Positions 1-8,900 of a DNA stretch of 64,000 nt are shown here, in pieces. This stretch comes from an uncultured Gemmatimonadales bacterium (GTDB lineage Bacteria; Gemmatimonadota; Gemmatimonadetes; Longimicrobiales; Longimicrobiaceae), in the NCBI GenBank assembly GCA_963716255.1, contig OY970303.1:1472001-1536000 (forward strand). Reading direction: 5' to 3'. A model generated the notes under the pieces. It was not told the origin of the DNA. It made no database searches and saw only the letters and a program-made list of their open reading frames with translations. How positions within the stretch are numbered: position 1 is the first letter of the stretch; every line of letters begins with the position of its first letter. Made by a program: the position numbers and the translations under genes.

Positions 1-1
1 C

Positions 2-337
2 ACCGGCTACGGCTGCGACCGCTTCGCGCTGGCGCAGGCGGAGTACCGCGGCAACCTGTCTTTCCGCTTCAACTGGAGCGGGCGCGGGTGGTGGGACGAC
101 GACGACGAGGGGGAGGAGGACGGCGAGCGCTACCGCGAGAGCTGGGACGCGGACGTGGACTGGGTGCTCTTCGCGGATGCGGGCCACGGCTGGTCCACGC
201 GCGAGGGGCTGGGCGACGACACCGGGGTGGACGCCGGCTTCGGCCTGCTCTTCGACGAGCTGGGCGTGTACGCGGCGGTCCCGCTCCGCAACGGGCGCGG
301 CGTGAACCTGTTCGTCCGGCTCGGATCCCGCTTTTGA
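2..337 (+). CDS. C-terminal fragment of a probable outer-membrane beta-barrel protein (Omp85/BamA-like); 5' end lies outside the window
   Basis: Frame 2 is open from the window edge; amphipathic strands (LFADAGHGW, DAGFGLLF) and terminal ...NLFVRLGSRF with C-terminal Phe. Confidence 0.55.
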   Translation, partial: TGYGCDRFALAQAEYRGNLSFRFNWSGRGWWDDDDEGEEDGERYRESWDADVDWVLFADAGHGWSTREGLGDDTGVDAGFGLLFDELGVYAAVPLRNGRGVNLFVRLGSRF

Positions 338-966
338 CCCTGCGCTCCCTGCGCCTGGCGGCCGTGCTCCCGCTCGCGCTCCTCGCCCTCGCCGGGCCGG
401 CGCGCGCGCAGGGGGAGCGCCCCCTCACCGTGGCGTCGGCGGGGGCGGCGGCGGGGTGGCGCCCGACGGTGAGGACGCAGGGGCTGCTGGCCGACCGGGG
501 GCTGCGCGACGCGCTGGACTCCGGGCTGCCGCTGCGCATCCGCTTTCGCGTGGAGCTGTGGGAGAAGAGCGTGTTCGACCGGCTGCAGGGGACGCACCGC
601 GCCGCCCTCGCCGTGCTCCAGGACCCGCTGGACGGGGCGTACACGCTGGACGACGGCCGCGCCGAGCAGCGCTTCCGCTCGCTGGCGGCGGTGGAGAGCG
701 CGGTGGAGGCCGCCTTCGCCGCGCCGCTGCACCCCACGCGGCGGGGACGCTTCTACTACATCGCCGTGCTGGAGATCGAAACGCTATCCCTTTCGGACCT
801 GGAGGAACTGCAGCGCTGGCTCCGCGGCGAGGCTCGCCCCGCCGTGGAAGGCCGCCGCTCGGTGGGACGCGCCGTGGAGAGCGGCCTGCGCCGCGCCGTG
901 GTGCGGGTGATGGGGCTGCCCACGCGCAAGTACGAGGCGAGGTCGGTGACGTTCTCGCCGAGATAG
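334..966 (+). CDS. Exported protein, DUF4390-like
   Basis: TTG start overlaps the upstream TGA (TTGA); signal peptide LAAVLPLALLALAGPARA-Q; motif DALDSGLPLRIRFRVELW. Confidence 0.55.
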   Translation: MTLRSLRLAAVLPLALLALAGPARAQGERPLTVASAGAAAGWRPTVRTQGLLADRGLRDALDSGLPLRIRFRVELWEKSVFDRLQGTHRAALAVLQDPLDGAYTLDDGRAEQRFRSLAAVESAVEAAFAAPLHPTRRGRFYYIAVLEIETLSLSDLEELQRWLRGEARPAVEGRRSVGRAVESGLRRAVVRVMGLPTRKYEARSVTFSPR

Positions 967-992
967 GGAACAGGGAACAGCCTGCAACGGCG

Positions 993-1135
993 GCCCCCAC
1001 CCGGCTCGCTAGAGGCTCGCACGGCTTGCCCCCTATATCCCCCAATTCTGGGGGAGGGCTTCCCGACCCTCGGGCTCGTCGTGTCGTGCTCCCCCTTTCC
1101 CCCGCTTGCGGGGGAAAGGGGGCCGGGGGGTGAGG
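993..1135 (-). repeat. Palindromic repeat family C copy, joined to a family A copy
   Basis: Reverse complement closely matches 2916-3021 (ccccgcaagcggg...gagcacgacacgacgagcccgagggtcgggaagccctcccccagaattgggg). Confidence 0.85.
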
Positions 1136-1167
1136 AGGCCCCACCCGCGGACGCCAGCGCGAGACCC

Positions 1168-1299
1168 GCGTGAGGGATTTCGGCCCGAAGGGGCGAGACC
1201 CGCGCAGTTTGCGGGGCTCGACTCCGTTGCAGACGGTCGTTTCGTCTGCTACGGAGCCGAAGCCCGACCCCGGCGCCAGCCGGGGGCACGCCCGAACCC
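1168..1299 (-). repeat. Structured repeat family A, copy 1
   Basis: Reverse complement of gggttcgggcgtgcccccggctggcgccggggtcgggcttcggctccg...atccctcacgc; variable stem gcagacg/cgtctgc. Confidence 0.95.
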
Positions 1300-2721
1300 G
1301 CTGTCCACTCCGTCCCCGCCGTCCCGCCCGTGCAGGCCGGCAGACGCGGAAGCGGCGTGTTCAGCGGCGACCTCGTCCCGCGTCTCGTCCAGGAAGGCGA
1401 GCAGGCGCCGCACGTCTTCCGCGACGTTGGCGGGGCCCAGGGAAACACGCACCGCGCCGACCGCCGCGCCGCCCAGGCGGGCCCGGAAGGCGGGAAGGCT
1501 GAAGCCCTCGACGGCGGCGCGCTCCAGGAAGCCGCGCGTGGCCTCCGCCGGGAAGCCGAAGGCGTGCTCGACCGCGCCGGGGTTGCAGAAGCAGCCGCCG
1601 CGCACCGAGATGCCGGCCCCGCGGGCGCGGGCCTCCACCCGCTCGTGGTCCACGGCCCGGCCGGCGGGATCCAGCAGGTTGAAGGCGACCGTGGCGCCGC
1701 GCGACTCGGTGGTCTCCGGCCCGTGGATGCGCACGGCGGGGGCGCCGCCCGCGTGGCGCAGGGCGCGCAGGCCGTCCAGGAGCGCCGCGGTCAGCCCGGC
1801 GAGGTGGCGGGCGAGCCGCTCGGCGCCCAGCCCGGCAAGCCACTCCAGCCCGTCCGGCACCGCGGCGATCCCCAGGAAATCGAGCGTCCCGTCCTCGAAC
1901 CCCTCCGCGCCGCGCCGCAGGAGGTGCGTCCCGTGGCGGGTGGAGACGAACTCCACGGTGCCCCCGGCGAACCAGGGGCGGCGCAGCTCCGCGAGGGCGT
2001 CGCGGCGGGCCAGCAGCGCCCCCACGCCGGTGGGATAGCCGAACATCTTGTAGAAGGAGACGCAGGCGAAGTCGGGCCCGCCCTCGCCCAGACGCAGGCC
2101 GCCGGAGGGCGCGGCGGCGGCGGCGTCCAGGAGCACGCGCCACCCCCGCTCGCGCGCCGCGGCCACCAGGCCGGCGGGGTGCCGCACGCCGGAGAAGTTG
2201 CTCTGTGCGGGGAGGGCGAAGAGCCCCGGCGAGGACGCGGGGGGCTCGTCCAGCGCCTCCGCGGCGCCCAGGAGGCGCAGCTCGGCGTCCAGCGGGAGGT
2301 GGCGGACCCCGGCGCCGGCACGCCGGGCGAACTCGCGCAGCCCGTTCACGGAGTTGTGGTTGTCGGCGGCGAGGAGGAGGCGAGCGCCGGGCCGGAAGGG
2401 GAACGCCTCGCCCACCAGCCGGAGGGCGCCGCTGGCGTTCGCCGTGAAGCACACCTCGTACTCCGCCGGGTCCGCGCCGAAGTGGCGGAGCACGGCAGCC
2501 CGGGCCTCCTCCACGCGGGCGGTGCTGGCGCGGGAGGCGGGGCTGTCGGAGTGCGGGTTGCCGAAGACGCCCGCGCGCAGCGCTTCGGCGTGGCGCGACA
2601 CCAGCGACTCGGGATACAGGGCGCCGCCGGTGTAGTCCAGGTACGTCTGCCCCAGGGCGTCCAGCCGGGCGAACTCGCGGTCGCGCAGGCCGTGGAAGAA
2701 CGGGTCGGTGGCGGGTCGCAT
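1249..2721 (-). CDS. Class V PLP aminotransferase, cysteine desulfurase / molybdenum-cofactor-sulfurase-like
   Basis: YLDYTGG, GNPHS, PLP-Lys region SFYKMFGYPTGVG, Cys loop RGGCFCNPG; ATG at 2721. Confidence 0.85.
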   Translation of the reverse strand: MRPATDPFFHGLRDREFARLDALGQTYLDYTGGALYPESLVSRHAEALRAGVFGNPHSDSPASRASTARVEEARAAVLRHFGADPAEYEVCFTANASGALRLVGEAFPFRPGARLLLAADNHNSVNGLREFARRAGAGVRHLPLDAELRLLGAAEALDEPPASSPGLFALPAQSNFSGVRHPAGLVAAARERGWRVLLDAAAAAPSGGLRLGEGGPDFACVSFYKMFGYPTGVGALLARRDALAELRRPWFAGGTVEFVSTRHGTHLLRRGAEGFEDGTLDFLGIAAVPDGLEWLAGLGAERLARHLAGLTAALLDGLRALRHAGGAPAVRIHGPETTESRGATVAFNLLDPAGRAVDHERVEARARGAGISVRGGCFCNPGAVEHAFGFPAEATRGFLERAAVEGFSLPAFRARLGGAAVGAVRVSLGPANVAEDVRRLLAFLDETRDEVAAEHAASASAGLHGRDGGDGVDSGFGRAPGWRRGRASAP

Positions 2722-2754
2722 GGGTGTTTCTCGGGTGGCGATCGTTGGACTGAC

Positions 2755-2891
2755 GGGTTCGGGCGTGCCCCCGGCTGGCGCCGGGGTCGGGCTTCGGCTC
2801 CGTAAGCCCGCAAACAACGCGGGCTAACGGAGTCGAGCCCCCGCGAAACTGCCCGCGGGGTCTCGCCCCTTCGGGCCGAAATCCCTCACGC
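2755..2891 (+). repeat. Structured repeat family A, copy 2
   Basis: Reference copy; stem agcccgc-aaacaac-gcgggct. Confidence 0.95.
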
Positions 2892-2915
2892 GGGGCCGGT
2901 GCTGGCGTCCGCTGG

Positions 2916-3021
2916 GGCCCCCTCCCCCCGGCCCCCTCCCCCGCAAGCGGGAGAGGGGGAGCACGACACGACGAGCCCGAGGGTCGGGAAGCCCTCCCCC
3001 AGAATTGGGGGAGGGTGGCGG
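2916..3021 (+). repeat. Palindromic repeat family C copy
   Basis: cccctccccccggccccctcccccgcaagcgggagaggggg...gccctcccccagaattgggggagggtggcg. Confidence 0.85.
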
Positions 3022-3048
3022 CTCTCAGGCCGCCGGGTGGGGGCCTCG

Positions 3049-3711
3049 TCAGCAGCCGCTGCGGTGGAGACGGCGCACGGCGTCGGCGGTGGAGGCGGGG
3101 GGGCCGCCGTCCGGGGAAGGCCCGGGGACGGCGGCGTCCCGGGGCGCGTCCGCCTCGCCGGGCGCGACGACGCGGGGGGTGCCGCCGAAGTAGCGGCTCA
3201 GCTCCGCGGTCTCGCGGAAGGCGGCGCGGCGCGCGGGGGACGCGTCCTCGGCGACGCGGGGCTCCATCACCTCGTCCAGCCACTCGCGCAGGCCACCGCG
3301 CAGGAAGAAGACGCGCCGGATCCCCATCGCCCGCAGGAGCACCCACGCCTGCGCGGCGTGGGCACCGCCCTCCGAGTACAGCACCACCGTCTCGTCCGGT
3401 CGGAAGCCGGCGCGCTGCAGTCCGCCGAGCGGGACGCTCTCGGCGCCGGGGAGGTGGTACGCGGCGAACTCGCCCGGGGGGCGCACGTCCACCACCCGCA
3501 GCCCCGGCTCGCCGCGGCGGATCCAGCGGGCCAGCTCCAGCGCGTCCACGTGGTCCTCCTCGCGCTCCACGGCGCGCGCCAGCTCGGCCACGTCCACGCG
3601 GGCGTGGCTCCCCCGGTACGGCTCGCCCGCCAGGAGCGCCCCGGCGGCCAGGAGGAGCGCCGCCGCCGCGAGCCACGCGCGCGGGCCGGCCCGCCGCGGG
3701 AGGGGGATCAC
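3049..3711 (-). CDS. Exported/membrane-anchored single-domain rhodanese-like protein
   Basis: GTGA overlap with the upstream gene; N-terminal hydrophobic helix; VVDVRPPGEFAAYHLPGA, LRGGLREW; loop reads YSEGG; ends ...HRSGC. Confidence 0.8.
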   Translation of the reverse strand: MIPLPRRAGPRAWLAAAALLLAAGALLAGEPYRGSHARVDVAELARAVEREEDHVDALELARWIRRGEPGLRVVDVRPPGEFAAYHLPGAESVPLGGLQRAGFRPDETVVLYSEGGAHAAQAWVLLRAMGIRRVFFLRGGLREWLDEVMEPRVAEDASPARRAAFRETAELSRYFGGTPRVVAPGEADAPRDAAVPGPSPDGGPPASTADAVRRLHRSGC

Positions 3712-4295
3712 CGGGCGCCTCCGCGGCGCGCGGCGCGGGCCTCCACCCACCCGGCGCCCGCGAACGCCGCCAGCGCCAGCAGGGCCACGGCGAGCACCAT
3801 CGCGCCGTAGGGAACGCCGAGCACGTCGGGGAGGGTCGCGGCGCCGGCGGGGGTGGCCTCGTACATCTCCTCCACCCGGGGGAACACGCCGGCGAAGAGC
3901 AGGCTCCCGGCGAGCATCCCCGCGGCCACGGCCATGCCGTCCACCCGCCCGGTGGCCGCGGCGACGCACGAGGTGCCGGGGCACAGCCCGGCCGCGGCGA
4001 AGCCCGCCCCGAAGACGATTCCGCCCACCGCCTGCGGGAGCCACCAGGTGGCGGGGACGCTCACCCGCGCCAGGTCGAGCGCGCCGAGCCGCGCCAGCCA
4101 GAAGCTCCCCAGCATGGCGGTGAGGATGGCGCTGAACATCAGCCGGAGGACGGACAGGTCCGTGAGCCGGAACTGCCCGGCGAGCTTGCGGGCGCTCCCC
4201 ATCCCACCGCGCTCCAGGAGCCACCCGAAGGCGGCGCCCAGCAGCAGCGCGGCGGCGAGCGAGCCCACCTCGCCCGGCTGCCAGGGGGCGCTCAC
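3708..4295 (-). CDS. YeeE/YedE-family sulfur-compound transporter subunit
   Basis: LGAAFGWLLERGG, GGIVFGAGFAAAGLCPGTS; GTGA overlaps with both neighbours. Confidence 0.8.
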   Translation of the reverse strand: MSAPWQPGEVGSLAAALLLGAAFGWLLERGGMGSARKLAGQFRLTDLSVLRLMFSAILTAMLGSFWLARLGALDLARVSVPATWWLPQAVGGIVFGAGFAAAGLCPGTSCVAAATGRVDGMAVAAGMLAGSLLFAGVFPRVEEMYEATPAGAATLPDVLGVPYGAMVLAVALLALAAFAGAGWVEARAARRGGAR

Positions 4296-4825
4296 GTCCA
4301 CGCCCTCCGCAGGAGCGGCGTCGCCGCGTACGCCGCCGCGAAGGCGGCCAGCAGGAAGAGCCAGCTCCCCGCCGCGAGCAGCGAGGCGCCGGTGAGCCCC
4401 AGCCCGCTGGTGCACCCGCGCGCCAGCCGCGCCCCCACGGCCATCACCACGCCCCCGCCGAACCCCACCGCCAGCCGCGGCCCCACGCCCATGCGCGGCC
4501 CCCGCTCCACCGCCAGACGCAGCCGCCCGGCGGCCGCCGCGGACAGGAAGCCGCCCAGGAACACGCCGGCCACCTCCACCACCAGCCAGTCGCGCAGGAG
4601 GCCGCCGGGGGCGAGGTAGTCCGCCACGGCGGGGTTGCCGGCCACCGCGTCCGGCGACGCGGCCGCCACGCCCGAGGCCGCCACCGCGGCGAAGGCCCCG
4701 GAGGCGCCCAGCCCGCGCCCCGTCGCCACGAAGGCCAGCAGGAGCACGAGCCCCACGCCGACGCCCGCGAGGTGGGGATCGGCGTACGGCCGACTCGCGG
4801 GGGCGCCGGAGGCCGCGGCGCTCAC
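4292..4825 (-). CDS. YeeE/YedE-family sulfur-compound transporter subunit
   Basis: GVFLGGFLSA, GGVVMAVGARLARGCTSG; GTGA overlaps with both neighbours. Confidence 0.8.
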   Translation of the reverse strand: MSAAASGAPASRPYADPHLAGVGVGLVLLLAFVATGRGLGASGAFAAVAASGVAAASPDAVAGNPAVADYLAPGGLLRDWLVVEVAGVFLGGFLSAAAAGRLRLAVERGPRMGVGPRLAVGFGGGVVMAVGARLARGCTSGLGLTGASLLAAGSWLFLLAAFAAAYAATPLLRRAWT

Positions 4826-5769
4826 GGCTGCCTCGCGCGGCGCCCGGCCGCCGGGTTTTCCACGGGCAGGTCGGTGCGGCGGTCCCAGTCCTCGAAGGAG
4901 CCGTCGTACAGGCGCACGTCGTAGCCCAGCGTCCGCGCGGCGAAGAGCACCGCCGTCGCCTGCTGGCCGATGTGGCAGTAGCCCACCACGGTGTCGCCCG
5001 GCTTCGCGCCGGCGCGGCGGAAGAGCGCGTCCAGCTCGGCGGGGCTCCGGACGGCGAGCCGCTCGTCGGTGACCTCGGTGAAGGGGATGCTGCGCGCGCC
5101 GGGGATGTGCCCGGGGCGGTCGCCCCCGGCCTGGACGCCGTCGTAGAACGCAGCGGCGCGGCCGTCCACCAGCACCACGCCGGGACGGCCGCGGTGGGTG
5201 CGCACCCACTCGGCGTCCACCACAAGGTCGCGCGCCGGACGCGCGGAAAGGCGGCCCGCGGCCGGACGCGGCACCTCCGCGGTGACCGGGCGGCCCTCGC
5301 GCTTCCACGCCTGCATCCCGCCGTCCAGGATGGACGTGTTCGTGCCGAGGCCCGCGTAGTCGAGGGTGAAGAAGACGCGCGTGGTGGGGCTCACCCAGTC
5401 GCTGCCGTAGTACAGCACGACGCGCGACCCGTCCGACACGCCCAGCGCCTCCAGCCGCTCCCGCAGCTCCGCCGGGGGGAGCATCTGCAGGTGGAGCCCG
5501 TCGGCGGCCTGCGGGTGCGGGGTGGACACGTCGGCGAGGGCGACATGGCGCGCGCCGGGGATGTGCTCCCGGTCGTACTCCGCCTTTTCGCCCACGTGCA
5601 GCAGGACCAGCCCGGGACCCTGGAGGTGCCGCGCCAGCCACTCGCCGGACACCAGCATCCGCTCGCGTGCCGGCGCGGCCTGCGCGGCGAGTGCGGAGGG
5701 GAGCGCCGCGGCCAGGAGCAGCGCGGCGAGCGCGGCGCGGCGGGCGGCGCGAGGAAGGGGGACGGCCAT
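4822..5769 (-). CDS. Exported tandem-domain sulfurtransferase (rhodanese, SseA-like)
   Basis: Signal peptide; YDREHIPGA, LDGGMQAW, GHIPGARSIP, active site GYCHIGQQAT, LYDGSFEDW. Confidence 0.9.
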   Translation of the reverse strand: MAVPLPRAARRAALAALLLAAALPSALAAQAAPARERMLVSGEWLARHLQGPGLVLLHVGEKAEYDREHIPGARHVALADVSTPHPQAADGLHLQMLPPAELRERLEALGVSDGSRVVLYYGSDWVSPTTRVFFTLDYAGLGTNTSILDGGMQAWKREGRPVTAEVPRPAAGRLSARPARDLVVDAEWVRTHRGRPGVVLVDGRAAAFYDGVQAGGDRPGHIPGARSIPFTEVTDERLAVRSPAELDALFRRAGAKPGDTVVGYCHIGQQATAVLFAARTLGYDVRLYDGSFEDWDRRTDLPVENPAAGRRARQP

Positions 5770-6402
5770 GGAGCACCTCCGGGCGGGTGGGGGCGCCGGC
5801 CGCGGGGTGCGGACCGGACACGGACCCAAGATGCCGCCCGGAGGATCGCCAGTGGTGGCGGAAGTGTGCTGCTGTTGTGCGGGATTTGTGCGGAACGACA
5901 GGGGGATGGGGGAACAGGGATCCCGGTGTCCACCACGGCGGGGGAGCTCCTTGAGGCAATGCGTAGCCGCGGCAGAGGAAGCCAAGCCGGACCAACGGGG
6001 CGCGCAGAGGCACTCGTCGGGTTATGCCAGATTCCGCTTGTTCATCGGGGAGGTGCTCTGGCCGTCCGCCCTGATGATGGCATCGTCACGATCCGACTGT
6101 CTTGCGGAAATTACTTGCGCCACTCACATATTATTCGATCGGCAGGTTTCTCCCTGCGCTCGGGTTCCATCGGCAAGCTGCCCGTCCGGGCGATTGCTCG
6201 GGTTCGGGTTGAGCGCTAGGTCCGCTTCCCGCAACAGATCTCTCCTGCACCACGAGATCCCTCCCTGCGGAGGGCCTGCGGGTGTTCGGGACCGCGCCGC
6301 CGCGATTTTCTCCTCCTCGGAATTGAAGTGCATCAGGGTAGAGTGGTCGCACCCGCTGCACTCTTCCGCATCTCCGCTCCATGGCAAACGCCAGGATGAT
6401 CC

Positions 6403-7185
6403 ATGTCTGCGTCAATCCTATTTGCGGAATCGGTGCAGGACCGTACAGGCGTGGTCAAGAGCGTGCTGGAAGCTGCGGCGCAGGTTTCGACGCCGATCCG
6501 GCTTGCGGCATTCGCAATCGCCGCCGTCTTGGCTCTCATCCTGCTCCAACGCGGGGGGAAAACGCCTCCGATCGCCTGGGCGGCGCTCCTCGTGGTGGGA
6601 CTGCTCGCGGCGACACCGATCGTCGCGGATGCATTGCTGGTCCGCGACAGCCAGCGTGGCGACGACCTCTACCGCCTGCGCGTGACGGTACTGGGGTGGG
6701 ACGGGTTTCCCACGAAGCCGAGCCGCATCTGGTCGTCCTGGGGCGGCGAGGCTCAAGAGGTTGCGGCTGGATGGATGTTCGTTATCCCTCGCGCCAGCAT
6801 ACCGCAATCCGGGGTGGTAAGCGTGTATGCCTCCAGCGAATCCACGTGCGAACAGGGAGTCGCAGAGTTGAAGCTCTACGGCGACTTCAATCCCGAGATA
6901 AAGCTGCGGCTCCACCGGGATACGGAGGCCGTTGTCGCCGGAACAGTCCGGGATGAAGCGAACCGCACGGTCGTCGGAGCTCGGGTCTTCGTGGAAGGCC
7001 ACGGGGATAGAGAATTGGCGACGACGAATGCCGTCGGCGCGTTTCGCCTTCCTGCGCACGCCACCCGCTGCGAGCAGGTTCGCGTGAGTGCGGAGAAGGC
7101 CGGTTACGCCCCAACGGCGGAATACGTGTACCCTGGCGGTGTTCCCATCTCGCTGACACTCGTTTCGAATGGCACGGTAAAATGA
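6403..7185 (+). CDS. Membrane protein with C-terminal carboxypeptidase-regulatory-like domain
   Basis: Two N-terminal hydrophobic helices; VAGTVRDEANRTVVGARVFVEG...TTNAVGAFRL...VSAEKAGY; AGGA upstream; lower-GC codon usage. Confidence 0.65.
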   Translation: MSASILFAESVQDRTGVVKSVLEAAAQVSTPIRLAAFAIAAVLALILLQRGGKTPPIAWAALLVVGLLAATPIVADALLVRDSQRGDDLYRLRVTVLGWDGFPTKPSRIWSSWGGEAQEVAAGWMFVIPRASIPQSGVVSVYASSESTCEQGVAELKLYGDFNPEIKLRLHRDTEAVVAGTVRDEANRTVVGARVFVEGHGDRELATTNAVGAFRLPAHATRCEQVRVSAEKAGYAPTAEYVYPGGVPISLTLVSNGTVK

Positions 7186-7215
7186 GACCGGCTCGCCCAC
7201 CGAGCGTTGACTGAA

Positions 7216-8887
7216 CCCGGATCCTGCACGGGAGTGGCGCCCCGGTGGATTTCGCCTCTCGCGAGCCGGCAGATGACGGCGGAGGCGGCGACCGAGCGAG
7301 CCGGGACGTTGCCGCCGCCCTCGCAAGAGGCTCTGCCGCGGCTGATTCCGGTCTGCCGGGCGCCGCAGGGCAAAGCGGCTCCACCACCGGGCCGATGGGC
7401 TCCGGTCTTCCTCGCCCTGCGTGCCTGCGCCAGAGACTCTCAGGCTGGCAGGGGCGGTCCCGTGCCGACCCGGCGCAGCGCCCGGAGCAGTTCTCGGCGC
7501 AGCGGCTCGGCCCGCTGGAGCTGCACGTACTGCTTGCGCGCGTGCGTGGTCAGCTTCGCCGGAAGGCGGAAGAGCCAGGCCCGCAGGCGCTTCGGCTGTG
7601 CCCGGCGCCAGCTTCCCGAGAGCGCCGTGGTGCGGAGGGTGTGGAGCATCTGATACGCCAGCGCACCCAGCGCCCAGAGCAGATGATTACCCCCCAGATC
7701 ATCGACCGCCGTCTGCCCCACCGAGAGCTGTCCCAGCTCCTCGATCCGCTGCTCCACGAGCGCGCCCTGGTTGTAGAGCCGCCACGCCGAGAGGACGCTG
7801 ATCCCCGCCACGTTGCTCAGCACGTGCGCCGTCTTCTCGACCTTGTAGCTCTCCAGCTCCAGCTCGCCTTCGGCGCCCCCGATCTCGCGCCGCTGTTCCA
7901 CCGTCAGCAGCCGCGCGCCGTAGATCGTGCCCGAGGCCGTCCAGAGCTTGGGGTCCTTCTGGGAGCGGCGAAAGGGCGAGAGGTGACGCCGCAGCCACTT
8001 CTGGTCGGGCACCTTGAGCACGTAGCCGACCCCGAGGGCCTCCAGCGCCTCGACCATCTTCCGGGAGAAGAACCCCTTGTCCAGACGCAGCGTGATCTGC
8101 TCGACCCCGGCCGCGCGGAGCTGCCCCACCAGGGCCTCGATCCAGGGGATCGCCCCGGCGGCGGTGTGGGCGCTGCCCGCTCGCCAGCGCACGCCCAGGC
8201 AGTCGCCCGTCTCGGCCAGGAAGGCCACCAGCGGGTGGTGACTGGGTCGGCCCTTCTTCGTGGGGTTGTAGCCCTTTTCGGCGCCCGCCTGCTTGAGCCC
8301 GTATCGCTGCACCACCGTGCTGTCCAGCACCAGCATCACCGAGCGCGGCACTGCGCTCCTCGCCCAACGGGCACGCACCATCTGCCAGAGAACGGCGTCG
8401 AGCTGCCCCGCCAGGCGCTCCCCGCCGCGACGCAGCCAGCGCCCGTAGGTCGTTGGATCGGGCAGGCCCTTCCAGCCGAAGAGGCGGCGGATGCCGCGCC
8501 CGCCCAGCAGGCGCAGATCATCCATGCAGCCGCCGCCGTAGAGCAGCAGTACGATCCAGAGCTCCACCATCAGGCTCGGCCGGTAGGCGCCGCGCAGCCA
8601 GGCCGCTTCGGTGTCGAGCCTCTGCCCCAGCCCCAGTCGATCCCAGAGACGGCGAAGCAGCAGCAGGCCCGCTCCGTCCGTCAGCTCACCGGCCGAGTGC
8701 CGAAGCCGCAGCGGGGCCGCCCTGCCTTGCACGTGGGGTCGAGAAGCGATAGTCTGAACTCGCACCGTCTGGGTGCCTATGGTTGGGTGGAATACTTCTG
8801 CCAGGAAGTTCCCTCAACCTACGGCCCCAGGCGGTGTTCTGCATCCTACCCCTCCCTTTTCCTACCTTCACCCGTGCAGGATCCGGG
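7216..8887 (-). mobile_element. IS1380-family insertion sequence, 1672 bp
   Basis: Perfect 17-bp terminal inverted repeats cccggatcctgcacggg (7216-7232) and cccgtgcaggatccggg (8871-8887); 5-bp direct repeat CTGAA at 7211-7215 and 8888-8892. Confidence 0.92.
7440..8765 (-). CDS. IS1380-family DDE transposase
   Basis: LTDGAGLLLL, PDPTTYGR, LVLDSTV, GYNP..KGRPSHHPL, LRLDKGF, YNQGALVEQRIEE; lies inside the TIRs. Confidence 0.88.
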   Translation of the reverse strand: MRVQTIASRPHVQGRAAPLRLRHSAGELTDGAGLLLLRRLWDRLGLGQRLDTEAAWLRGAYRPSLMVELWIVLLLYGGGCMDDLRLLGGRGIRRLFGWKGLPDPTTYGRWLRRGGERLAGQLDAVLWQMVRARWARSAVPRSVMLVLDSTVVQRYGLKQAGAEKGYNPTKKGRPSHHPLVAFLAETGDCLGVRWRAGSAHTAAGAIPWIEALVGQLRAAGVEQITLRLDKGFFSRKMVEALEALGVGYVLKVPDQKWLRRHLSPFRRSQKDPKLWTASGTIYGARLLTVEQRREIGGAEGELELESYKVEKTAHVLSNVAGISVLSAWRLYNQGALVEQRIEELGQLSVGQTAVDDLGGNHLLWALGALAYQMLHTLRTTALSGSWRRAQPKRLRAWLFRLPAKLTTHARKQYVQLQRAEPLRRELLRALRRVGTGPPLPA

Positions 8888-8900
8888 CTGAAAGGTCGCG

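Noticed and set aside
3020..3060. Selenocysteine read-through at the GC-TGA end of the rhodanese
   Set aside because: No recognisable SECIS; read-through would add only a few uninformative residues before another TGA
6124..6415. Short minus-strand ORFs at the island's left edge
   Set aside because: No recognisable motif or RBS; cannot be distinguished from non-coding sequence
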